From NCBI GenBank assembly GCA_963674595.2, contig CAXXFV010000002.1:1-59118 (forward strand): a DNA stretch of 59,118 nucleotides. The letters run 5' to 3'. The notes under the pieces were generated by a model. The model saw only the letters and a program-made list of their open reading frames with translations. It was not told the origin of the DNA and did no database searches. Of this stretch, positions 50,714 to 59,118 are shown piece by piece (positions within the stretch are counted from its first letter, which is position 1; the number at the start of each line of letters is the position of its first letter). This stretch comes from a bacterium. Its GTDB lineage: Bacteria; Zhuqueibacterota; Zhuqueibacteria; Residuimicrobiales; Krinioviventaceae. Position numbers and translations under genes: made by a program.

Positions 50714-51910
50714 TTATATTCTCTTTAGGGCCTGCGACAGGTCGGCAATAAGATCATCTATTCCTTCTATTCCAACTGAAATTCGAATCAGCCCGGGGTC
50801 AATACCAGCCATTTCCAGTTCTTCATTTGAATAGGTCGAGTGGGTCATGCTTGCAGGATGTTCAATAAGGGTATCACAATCGCCCAGACTTACAGCTAAT
50901 GTCATCAGTTTTACGGAATTGCACAATGTAATGCCGGCGTCTTTTCCGCCTTTTAAAATAAACGAAATCATACCTCCAAAACCGCTCATCTGTTTTGCGG
51001 CAAGATCGTATTGGGGATGGATTCGCAAACCAGGATAAAAAATTTGTTGCACCTTTGGGTGAAAGCTTAAATACTGTGCGAGCCTCAAGGCATTGTGTGA
51101 ATGCCGGTCCATACGAACAGGAAGTGTTTTTAATCCTCTTAACAAAAGCCACGCGTTAAAAGGACTAATGCAGCCTCCAAAATCTCTCAAGGTTTCACCA
51201 CGGGCCTTGTCTATAAAACTTTTTGTGCTTATGATTATACCGCCGATTGTATCACCATGTCCGCCGATGTATTTTGTCGCACTATGAATGACAATATCCG
51301 CACCCAGGGTCAACGGCCTTTGGTAATAGGGGGTGGCGAATGTATTATCAATGATCAGAACAGCATTGTTTTTATGGGCAATTTCAGCTGTTTTGCGGAT
51401 GTCGGCCAATTTTAGTGTTGGGTTTGCAGGTGTTTCCAGGTAGATTGCTTTTGTTTTGTTATCAAAATTTTTTTCAATTTCATCGGGATTGCTGGTATCG
51501 ATTTCCTTAACCCGGATACCGATTTTTCCCAAAGATTCTTTGAAAAATTGATGCGTTCCGCCATAAAGGGTATCGGAAGCTATTAGCGTGTCACCGCAAC
51601 CCATTAATGTGAGAATCACGCAGCTTGTGGCCGCCATACCGGATGCTACGGCCAGCGCCGCTTCTCCGTTTTCAAGGAATGACATTTCTTTTTCCAGAGC
51701 GTCCTGGGTTGGGTTGCCCAAGCGGGTGTAAATATAACCCTCTTTTTCACCTGAAAAAAGTGCCGCTCCTTCCTGTGCATTTTTAAATGCAAATGTAGAG
51801 CTTTGATAAATGGGTGTTGCCACGGCTCCTGTTGATTTATCCACACCACCAGAGCCATGAACACAAATAGTGGAAAAACCGGCTTTTTTTAGTTCTTCGG
51901 GTGTCATCAT
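50714..51910 (-). CDS. mgl: Methionine gamma-lyase (Cys/Met metabolism PLP enzyme); probable start 51910
   Basis: PIYQSSTF, YIYTRLGNPT, SGMAA, ETPANPT, DNTF, HSATKYIGGHGD and AVSLG...LIEHPASMTH motifs. Confidence 0.88.
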   Translation of the reverse strand: MMTPEELKKAGFSTICVHGSGGVDKSTGAVATPIYQSSTFAFKNAQEGAALFSGEKEGYIYTRLGNPTQDALEKEMSFLENGEAALAVASGMAATSCVILTLMGCGDTLIASDTLYGGTHQFFKESLGKIGIRVKEIDTSNPDEIEKNFDNKTKAIYLETPANPTLKLADIRKTAEIAHKNNAVLIIDNTFATPYYQRPLTLGADIVIHSATKYIGGHGDTIGGIIISTKSFIDKARGETLRDFGGCISPFNAWLLLRGLKTLPVRMDRHSHNALRLAQYLSFHPKVQQIFYPGLRIHPQYDLAAKQMSGFGGMISFILKGGKDAGITLCNSVKLMTLAVSLGDCDTLIEHPASMTHSTYSNEELEMAGIDPGLIRISVGIEGIDDLIADLSQALKRI

Positions 51911-52047
51911 GCCTCCTGGCAAAACATGTTTTATCGACATGAATGTAATTGTTAAGCTTTATAAAGTCAATCACTTTATTCTAATATAATGAAAAAAAAC
52001 TTGCTTTGAAGATAAAATTCACTAAATTTATATAAAATATTTGATCT

Positions 52048-53424
52048 TTGAATTTTTTAGGCAACTTTGACAAGGCATCCAATAATATGATGAAAAAAAT
52101 AACTGTCACAGTAGACAAATCCGATTTAAAGAATCTTGGGGATTCTTTTATTTCCCTGTCTGATGATACAATAAAAGATACATTGCAAAAAGAGTTAACA
52201 GGGCAGGGGAGTGAATTAAATATTGTACCCGAGGGTTCTCAATACAAAATTGAGTGGTCTGTTCAAAAGCCGGACTCTGAAGCTGAAAGTTATAATAAAA
52301 AGGCTTTGGCCTTTGCTCGCCAAAAAAAAATGTGGTCAGCCGTTGAACAGTGGGAAAAAGCCATTGAATCAGACAAGGACCCGGATTTTTATTATAATTG
52401 CGGACTGGCTTTATTTGAACTAAAAGAATATGAAAAAAGTCTGTCCTTTTGTTTGCAGGCCACCAAAATTTGTCCGATATATTACAGGGCCTTTTTTATT
52501 TTGGGCAGTATATATTCCCGAATGCGTAAATTTAACGATGCTTTACAGGCATTAAATAAAGGTCTGGTTTTTAACAGGGAAAATGTGTCCGGTTTTGTTA
52601 ATTTTGGTGCTGTATATAGTGTTTTAAAAAAATATCCTGAAGCGATTAATGCTTTTGAGCGGGCCACCTCTTTATCGTCCAAAGAAGTGCGTGCCTATCT
52701 TGGGTTGGCAAAAATATACTCTATTCAGGGTGATGTTGAAAACGCAAACCGTAATTATAAAGTTGTGATGAAATTAGACCCTGACGGCAAGCTTGGAAAC
52801 ATTGCTAAAAAGGCTATTAAATTCGATCCTGAGCAAACGCCGGACAATGATGAAAAAATTGATGAAAAAGATGCTGCTAATTATTATTCCCAGGCTTATC
52901 ATAGTTTTTTAAATGGTGATTATAAAAATGCTGTAGACTGTTATAAAAAATATCTTTCCGTTAAAACGCATGATGCAGATGTTTGGTCTTCTTTGGCCTT
53001 TTGTCAACTCAGGTTGGGTTTAACAGAGGATTCTTTAAAATCCATTTTAAACGCTATAAAATATGGTGATAGCAAGGCTGTTTTCTTTAAGCAGGCCGCC
53101 ATCATTTACGATGCATCCAACAATGCTTCAGAAGTTGTAAAAATGGCTGAGAGAGCCTATGAGCTGGGGAAAAATGATAGTACAACCCTGACCTTATTGG
53201 GTGTTGGGTTTAAAGATGCCGGGAAGGTTGATGAAGGTATTCGCTACCTGAAACAAGCGCTAAAACTCAATCCGAACAATCTAAAAGCGCGGTTTCATTT
53301 TGCATCAGCACTAAAGGAATTGGGACAACTGGATGCGGCCAAACAACAGTATGAAGAAATTTTGTGGTTTAAAGGTGATTCCCCGTTAATAGAAAAGGCT
53401 CGTGCAGTAATGCAGAGCCTTTAG
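52048..53424 (+). CDS. Tetratricopeptide-repeat protein
   Basis: Multiple TPR units (YYNCGLAL, FILGSIY, YLGLAKIY, LKQALKLNPNN). Confidence 0.85.
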   Translation: MNFLGNFDKASNNMMKKITVTVDKSDLKNLGDSFISLSDDTIKDTLQKELTGQGSELNIVPEGSQYKIEWSVQKPDSEAESYNKKALAFARQKKMWSAVEQWEKAIESDKDPDFYYNCGLALFELKEYEKSLSFCLQATKICPIYYRAFFILGSIYSRMRKFNDALQALNKGLVFNRENVSGFVNFGAVYSVLKKYPEAINAFERATSLSSKEVRAYLGLAKIYSIQGDVENANRNYKVVMKLDPDGKLGNIAKKAIKFDPEQTPDNDEKIDEKDAANYYSQAYHSFLNGDYKNAVDCYKKYLSVKTHDADVWSSLAFCQLRLGLTEDSLKSILNAIKYGDSKAVFFKQAAIIYDASNNASEVVKMAERAYELGKNDSTTLTLLGVGFKDAGKVDEGIRYLKQALKLNPNNLKARFHFASALKELGQLDAAKQQYEEILWFKGDSPLIEKARAVMQSL

Positions 53425-53439
53425 AACCATGAATTTAAA

Positions 53440-53640
53440 TTAAGCAATTTTAGATAACTTTGTTTTCCCCGGATTAATTTCAATTTGCCCGATAGTTATA
53501 TAACTAAGATAACTGCTGCTGCAGCTATTCGGACATTTATAGTTATCCAAAATTGCCTTGGATGCTGACTCATCCATCGTTTTAAAATGTTCTACCCTTC
53601 CACACTCTTCGCACGTGATGATAAGGCTGTTGGTAATCAT
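53440..53640 (-). CDS. Small Cys-motif (putative zinc-binding) hypothetical protein
   Basis: CEECG and CPNSC motifs; GAGAGA upstream of ATG. Confidence 0.55.
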   Translation of the reverse strand: MITNSLIITCEECGRVEHFKTMDESASKAILDNYKCPNSCSSSYLSYITIGQIEINPGKTKLSKIA

Positions 53641-53813
53641 GGAATCTCTCAAGTAATATGTGGGTTGAATGAGTGTTAATTAGAATCACCTAATTATACC
53701 GGCAAAACAAGTACCTGCGTAATAATAAATTTTGAATTTAAAAAAAACATCAAGAATAAAAAAAAGTACTTGCAACTTTGATCAATTTTCTCTATATTTT
53801 TTGACTTGTTTTC

Positions 53814-53885
53814 GCGGGAGTAGTTCAGTGGTAGAACACAACCTTGCCAAGGTTGGGGTCGCGAGTTCAAATCTCGTCTCCCGCT
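53814..53885 (+). tRNA. tRNA-Gly(GCC)
   Basis: GCGGGAGTAGTTCAGTGGTAGAACACAACCTTGCCAAGGTTGGGGTCGCGAGTTCAAATCTCGTCTCCCGCT. Confidence 0.97.
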
Positions 53886-53894
53886 CATTTGCTT

Positions 53895-53967
53895 GGCGGC
53901 GTAGCCAAGAGGCTAAGGCGGAGGTCTGCAAAACCTCTATTCATCGGTTCGACTCCGATCGCCGCCT
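53895..53967 (+). tRNA. tRNA-Cys(GCA)
   Basis: GGCGGCGTAGCCAAG...GAGGTCTGCAAAACCTC...GGTTCGACTCCGATCGCCGCCT. Confidence 0.96.
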
Positions 53968-53987
53968 CTTAAGTACTTTGTTTTTGT

Positions 53988-54073
53988 GCCGGGGTGGCGG
54001 AACTGGTAGACGCAAGGGACTTAAAATCCCTCGGACTAACAAGTCCGTGCCGGTTCGATTCCGGCCCTCGGCA
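53988..54073 (+). tRNA. tRNA-Leu(TAA)
   Basis: GCCGGGGTGGCGGAACTGGTAGACGCAAGGGACTTAAAATCCCT..., long variable arm; conserved Gly-Cys-Leu order. Confidence 0.96.
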
Positions 54074-54138
54074 CTAACGATCTTTGTTAATGACTAGCGA
54101 CACCAAATAAAGGTGCGCTTTTTTTTGTCAAAATGTTT

Positions 54139-54212
54139 GGGCGGTTAGCTCAGGTGGTTAGAGTACTTGCTTGACATGCAAGGGGTCACTGGTTCAAGTC
54201 CAGTACCGCCCA
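54139..54212 (+). tRNA. tRNA-Val(GAC)
   Basis: GGGCGGTTAGCTCAGGTGGTTAGAGTACTTGCTTGACATGCAAGGGGTCACTGGTTCAAGTCCAGTACCGCCCA. Confidence 0.96.
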
Positions 54213-54310
54213 CTTAATAGATTGTATGGTCTTGTTTTTTATATTGATGCCGCCTGTGTTTGAAGGGCGGTTTCTTGTTTTTGGGCTTTTAAAGCATTGA
54301 AAGGATTTCT

Positions 54311-56229
54311 GTGTCTGATATTAATGTTACCTTTCCTGATGGAAGACAACAAAAATATGCAACTGGTACAACTCCCGGACAAATCCTGGGAGAGATTAAA
54401 GGCCGGTTGTCACGGGAAGCTATTGCCGCAAAGGTTAATGGTGATCTCGTTGATTTATCGTTTAATATGATTAACGATACAGAGTTGCTTTTCATCACTT
54501 TTGAGTCAGAAGAAGGTAGAGATATTTTTTGGCACAGCGCTGCTCACGTTATGGCCCATGCTGTAAAAGAGTTGTATCCTGATGCAAAATTTGCTTTTGG
54601 TCCGCCTGTTGATGGTGGGTTTTATTATGATATAGATGTTGAATCGGCTTTTACGCCGGACGATCTGATCAAGATTGAAGAAAAAATGAAGCAGATTGTC
54701 AAGTCGGACCAACCATTTGAAAGGCAACAAGTTTCTGTTGAGCAAGCCCTTGAGATTTTTAAAGGTTTAAACGAAACCTACAAGGTTGAACAAATTGAAC
54801 GTTTGGGTGAGCCTCCGAGTATTTACAAAGAAGGAAGCTTTTCTGACCTCTGTCGTGGTCCTCACGTACCCTCCAGCGGATATATAAAATATTTTAAATT
54901 GCTTTCGGTTGCCGGTGCATATTGGTTGGGTGATGAGAAAAACCAGATGCTTCAGCGTATATACGGTATCGCTTTTCCTAAAAAATCTATGCTGGAAGAG
55001 CATCTCGAAAGGTTGGAGGAAGCAAAAAAACGTGACCACCGTAAGCTCGGACGTGAACTTGATTTATATAGTATTAATGAAGAAACCGGCCCGGGATTGG
55101 TCTTATGGCATCCCAAAGGTGCTTTTATCCGCCATAAAGTTGAAGAATTTTGGCGTCAACAGCATCTAAAGGCTAATTATGAATTTGTGAATACACCGCA
55201 TATTGCCCGAGTTAATCTATGGCAAACCAGCGGTCACCTTGATTTTTTCAAGGAAAATATGTATTCACCCATGGACATTGATGAAATGCAGTACATTGTT
55301 AAACCAATGAACTGCCCTTTTCATTTAACAATATACAAAAGTCGAACCCGCAGTTACCGTGATTTGCCTATACGATGGGCTGAGCTTGGTACTGTTTATC
55401 GTTATGAACGATCCGGTGTATTACATGGACTGATGCGTGTTAGAGGATTTACGCAGGACGATGCTCATATCTTTTGCCGTCCCGATCAGCTTGATGAAGA
55501 AATTGTAAAATTAATCGATTTTTCCTTAAATATGCTGAAAGCATTTGGATTTAAAGATTATGAGCTTTATCTTTCTACAAGACCTGAAAAGTTTGTAGGA
55601 AAGCCTGAAAACTGGGAACGTGCAACAGAAGCATTAAAAAGCGGTCTTGAGAAAGCTAACGTAGATTACCAGATTGATCCTGGTGAAGGTGTTTTCTATG
55701 GACCTAAAATTGATATTAAAATACGAGACGGTTTAGGGCGTTCATGGGCAATGTTCGACTATTCAGGTAGATTTTAATGAACCGGATCGCTTTGATTTAA
55801 CCTATGTTGGACAGGACGGAAATAAACACCAGCCAATTATGGTGCAACCGTGCGTTATTGGGTTCTTTGGAAAGATTTTTCGGAATTTTAATTGAACACT
55901 ATGGTGGAGCATTTCCACTATGGCTTGCTCCTGTTCAGGTACATGTTTTACCGATTACAGATAAGCAGCGTGATTACGCTGTTTCAATCCATGAAACATT
56001 AATCGATGCAGGAATCCGTTCTCACCTGGATGATCGTAATGAAAAAGTAGGTTATAAAATCAGAGAAGCTGAAACCCTGAAAATACCCTATATGTTAATA
56101 GTTGGACAAAAAGAACAAGACAATCAAACTGTTTCAGTTCGTTTGAGACGTGAAGGAGATCAGGGTTCCGAAAAATTGCAGAATATTATTAAAGAAATAC
56201 AAACCAAATCTGATAACAAAGAATTATAA
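54311..56229 (+). CDS. thrS: Threonyl-tRNA synthetase; two +1 indels near 55746 and 55847
   Basis: HSAAH, DLCRGPH, RDHRKLG, KPMNCP, RVRGFTQDDAH, FYGPKID, (W)QCSTIQVDF in the intermediate frame, GSLERF and FPLWLAP motifs. Confidence 0.96.
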
Positions 56230-56271
56230 AATTTTAAAGGTTTAGTTTCAATATTTTATTGGAGGTTCCCA

Positions 56272-56781
56272 ATTAAAAAGAGAGCAATTCGCGTCAATGA
56301 ACAAATTGATGCACCCAAAGTTCGACTCATTGATGAGAATAGTGAACAACAAGGAGTTGTTACTATTAAAGATGCACAACAAAGAGCCGAATCTGTCGGA
56401 TTGGATATAGTAGAAGTTTCTCCCAACTCTGATCCACCTGTTGTCAAAATAATGGACTTTGGAAAATATAAATACGAACTTGCAAAAAAAGAAAAAGAGA
56501 CTAAAAAGAAACAACACGTTATTGTAACAAAGGAAATCAGATTACGACCGAAAACAGAAGAGCATGATTTTGAGTTTAAAGTAAGGCATGCCATAAAATT
56601 TATAAATGCCGGCAATCGTGTAAAAGCGACTGTTCGATTTCGGGGAAGAGAAAATGCACATCGAGAATACGGAGAACGTGTTTTGCAACGTTTTGTTGAA
56701 GAACTTGACGATGTTGCAAAAGTAGAATCTGAAATGAAGATGGAAGGCGGACAACTGGTTGTCTTTTTCCTGAAAAAATAG
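56272..56781 (+). CDS. infC: Translation initiation factor IF-3, ATT start codon
   Basis: GGAGG-ttccca-ATT in frame with IRVNEQI...[20 protein letters not shown] and FRGRE. Confidence 0.96.
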   Translation: MKKRAIRVNEQIDAPKVRLIDENSEQQGVVTIKDAQQRAESVGLDIVEVSPNSDPPVVKIMDFGKYKYELAKKEKETKKKQHVIVTKEIRLRPKTEEHDFEFKVRHAIKFINAGNRVKATVRFRGRENAHREYGERVLQRFVEELDDVAKVESEMKMEGGQLVVFFLKK

Positions 56782-56804
56782 ATTATATTAGCGAGGTTTT
56801 TAAA

Positions 56805-56999
56805 ATGCCAAAAATGAAAAGTAACAGAGCTGCTTCAAAACGATTTCATTTAACAGGAAGCGGTAAAGTAAGAAGATATAAAGCTTATGCAAGTCACATT
56901 CTGACTAAAAAATCAACAAAACGTAAAAGAAATTTGCGCAAATCAACACTTATTGCAAGTGCTGATGAACGACGAATTAAACAAATTATTACGGCTTAA
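56805..56999 (+). CDS. rpmI: 50S ribosomal protein L35
   Basis: MPKMKS...KRF..TGSGK, HILTKK...KR.LR. Confidence 0.97.
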   Translation: MPKMKSNRAASKRFHLTGSGKVRRYKAYASHILTKKSTKRKRNLRKSTLIASADERRIKQIITA

Positions 57000-57026
57000 T
57001 TTATTTGATATAAACGGAGGAAGAAC

Positions 57027-57374
57027 ATGCCAAGAAGTCATTCTTCGGTACCGACAAAACAACGTCGAAATAAAATATTAAAAGCTGCCAGCGGATATTA
57101 TGGTGGTAAAAGCAGACTTTTTAAATCTGCAAAAGAACAGGTTGAAAAAGGTTTGCAATATGCTTATCGTGACAGACGAGTTAAAAAACGTGAATTCAGA
57201 AAATTATGGATTGCCCGTATTAATGCTGCGGCACGTATGTTTGGAATGAGTTATTCAGTTTTTATCGATGGTTTGAATAAAAAAGATATTCAACTGAACC
57301 GCAAAGTCCTTGCAGATATGGCTGTACACGATATTAAAGGTTTTGAACAAATCGTAACAGCAATCAAGTCTTAA
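57027..57374 (+). CDS. rplT: 50S ribosomal protein L20
   Basis: [32 protein letters not shown]. Confidence 0.97.
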   Translation: MPRSHSSVPTKQRRNKILKAASGYYGGKSRLFKSAKEQVEKGLQYAYRDRRVKKREFRKLWIARINAAARMFGMSYSVFIDGLNKKDIQLNRKVLADMAVHDIKGFEQIVTAIKS

Positions 57375-57396
57375 CAGTTACAATATATTATACACC

Positions 57397-57482
57397 AGAC
57401 TGGATCTTGAATTATTTTGTAACAATCCGTTACAAATAATAGCCTTTGTAAAAAGGCCGTTTTTAGGTTCGGTCTTTTTTTA
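57397..57482 (+). terminator. Branched stem-loop followed by U-tract after rplT
   Basis: agactggatcttgaa pairs (with G-U) with ttttaggttcggtct, enclosing two hairpins; followed by T-run. Confidence 0.5.
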
Positions 57483-57757
57483 TGTGCTGGTTGAATTATG
57501 TTCATTTATTGATTATTGCGGGAGACATGGTAATTTTTTCGAAAATGATACTTGATTTTTCATAAAAATGTAATATATTCAAAAACTGGCGTGTTACGAT
57601 TTATAATGAAATTTACAATCTTGGTGATGAAGATTATATAATTAAAATTTATTAATTAGTATATATTTTTCATTGATATTTTAATTAAAAGAATGTAAAT
57701 TAGCGGTTGTAAGAGTAAAATTTTACTTTTTTTTACAAGTTGAGAACCTTTTCATAA

Positions 57758-58044
57758 ATGAATAAAACGATATTTGAGACCTTAGAGCATACTATTCAAG
57801 AAGCGATTGTAAAAATCGATTCTTTAAAAAATCGTAACAAAATATTACTTGAAGAGAAGAAACAACTTCAAAATCAGTTAGCAGAGAGAGATCGTCGCAT
57901 TAAAGGTTGCAAAAAACTATTTTGGATCTTAAGAAAAATTCAAACGAGGACCAGATCCAACAGTACCAGGAAAAGGAAGATAAATTAAGAAAAAGAATAC
58001 AAATGATGCTTTCACGTATTGATGAAATGAACTTAACTGTTTAA
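57758..58044 (+). CDS. zapB: ZapB-like coiled-coil cell division protein; frameshift near 57905
   Basis: FETLE..I...I..I..LK..N..L coiled coil continues in another frame as LQKTILDLKK...LRKRIQMMLSRID; directly upstream of zapA. Confidence 0.65.
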
Positions 58045-58084
58045 TATTAGGAAGCATATAATATTTGAGGTTTTCTTTTTCACA

Positions 58085-58399
58085 ATGCCAGGTTCAATGA
58101 ATAAAAATACTATAAAAGTGAATATATTTGGTGCAGAATATCCTATAGTCGGCCAGGAAAACGCAGACTATATTCAGCACGTTGCTAAATATGTTGACAA
58201 AAAAATGAAAGAAATAAATTCTGCAAAGCCGAACCGTCCATTACACCAAATTGCGATGTTGACGGCTTTAAATATTGCCGATGAATTATTTCAGTCAAAA
58301 AAGAACCAAAAGATTATTTTGTCCAATGTTGAAAATAAAATTCTTAACATGACAAAAAAGCTTGAACATGGCATAAATAATACTTTAATGGAGGAATAA
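58085..58399 (+). CDS. zapA: Cell division protein ZapA
   Basis: V.IFG.EY, VA.YVD.KM.EI and A.LTALNIADEL motifs. Confidence 0.93.
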   Translation: MPGSMNKNTIKVNIFGAEYPIVGQENADYIQHVAKYVDKKMKEINSAKPNRPLHQIAMLTALNIADELFQSKKNQKIILSNVENKILNMTKKLEHGINNTLMEE

Positions 58400-58456
58400 A
58401 TTTTACCAACAAATCCTCGTTTAAATTTTTTTGAATAGACCAACTATTCTGTCTGC

Positions 58457-58580
58457 AACCCAGAGTGCTTCTATTAATCCTGCTACACAAATAAGTAGTG
58501 ATATGATCTGCTTATAAATTGAAACAACAATTATTAAATGCAGGAAAATTATATGAAATTAATAAGCAATGTCTGGGTTT
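58457..58580 (+). ncRNA. Structured RNA candidate, possibly a divergent 6S RNA
   Basis: aacccaga/tctgggtt, tgctt/aagca, attaat/attaat and cctgc/gcagg nested pairings; located at the zapA-rny position where 6S RNA often lies. Confidence 0.4.
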
Positions 58581-58598
58581 TTTAATGGAGGAGGGGAA

Positions 58599-59118
58599 AT
58601 GAGCACAGTAGCAACACTCGTTATCAGCGTTTCAAGTCTGGTTTCCTTTTTTGTCGGGTGGTTTGTTGCAAAATACGTGGGGCAGAGTAAAGTTGCACAT
58701 GCTGAAAAGACAGCTCAAAAAATTATCAGAGATTCTAACAAAGAAGCTGAAACGATAAAAAAAGAAAAAATTCTTGAAGCAAAAGATGAATGGCTTAAAT
58801 TAAAACAAAATATTGATAATGAAGCAAAACAAAAACGTAATGAACTTTCAAAACTTGAAAATAAGTTAAATTCCCGAGAACTCAACCTCGACCGTCGTCA
58901 CGATTTATTAACAAAACGTGAAAAAGAGGTACAGGACCTTGATTCTCGTATAAAAATTAGAGAAGAAAAAGTTGACAATCTTGAAGTCAAACTTGAAAAA
59001 TTAATTGACGAACAAAACAGCCAGTTGGAAAAAATTAGCGGCATATCCAACGAAGAAGCAAAAAGAATCCTGATGCACAATCTTTTGGAAAAAGCAAAGC
59101 AGGAAGCTGCCAGAGAAA
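58599..59118 (+). CDS. rny: Ribonuclease Y, N-terminal part (runs off window)
   Basis: GGAGGAGG RBS; N-terminal TM helix, EAETIKKEKILEAKDE coiled coil, LEKISGIS.EEAK..L. Confidence 0.92.
   Translation, partial: MSTVATLVISVSSLVSFFVGWFVAKYVGQSKVAHAEKTAQKIIRDSNKEAETIKKEKILEAKDEWLKLKQNIDNEAKQKRNELSKLENKLNSRELNLDRRHDLLTKREKEVQDLDSRIKIREEKVDNLEVKLEKLIDEQNSQLEKISGISNEEAKRILMHNLLEKAKQEAARE

Noticed and set aside
53694-54097. ORFs 53694..53888 and 53732..54097
   Set aside because: They overlap the tRNA-Gly/Cys/Leu genes and are spurious
56272-56274. ATT start codon of infC as a novelty
   Set aside because: A well-established autoregulatory feature of infC
44340-57910. Programmed frameshifting or pseudogenisation of accD, porX, thrS and zapB
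   Set aside because: Indels are scattered, lack a shared slippery motif or stimulatory structure, and hit essential genes; sequencing error is the simpler explanation

Overview
The window appears to join two different DNAs. Bases 1-~5660 are visibly GC-richer. They carry a minus-strand catabolic cluster: a TRAP transporter, a tungsten-type aldehyde:ferredoxin oxidoreductase flanked by two paralogous small Fe-S proteins, and an ABC substrate-binding protein. At ~5646-5662 the dctP gene is fused, mid-gene and through a short dual-coding overlap, to the 3' half of valS from an AT-rich bacterium. This is most likely an assembly chimera. The AT-rich part (~5660-59118) looks like an FCB-superphylum chromosome (KSB1/Calditrichota-like; inferred from gene content). 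It contains valS, recG, a glycosylation cluster, purE, rfbD, rdgB, an ECF sigma operon, holA, uppP, glmS, guaA, surE, accD, rimI, tsaB, tsaE, a porX-like regulator, mgl, six tRNAs, thrS-infC-rpmI-rplT, zapB-zapA and rny. Six genes, several of them essential, carry single-base indels that look like sequencing errors. The best novelty candidate lies just downstream of tRNA-Pro. It is a secreted protein built from 16 near-identical 17-aa repeats (ELGSIYSLSKDNAAQVN) with almost purely synonymous DNA variation. It is followed by a structured spacer with a coupled uORF and then a 973-aa HExxH-metallopeptidase/beta-propeller/beta-barrel outer-membrane protein. The second highlight is a long, eukaryote/archaea-type topoisomerase IB in this bacterial chromosome. 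All calls come from motif recognition; no searches were run.
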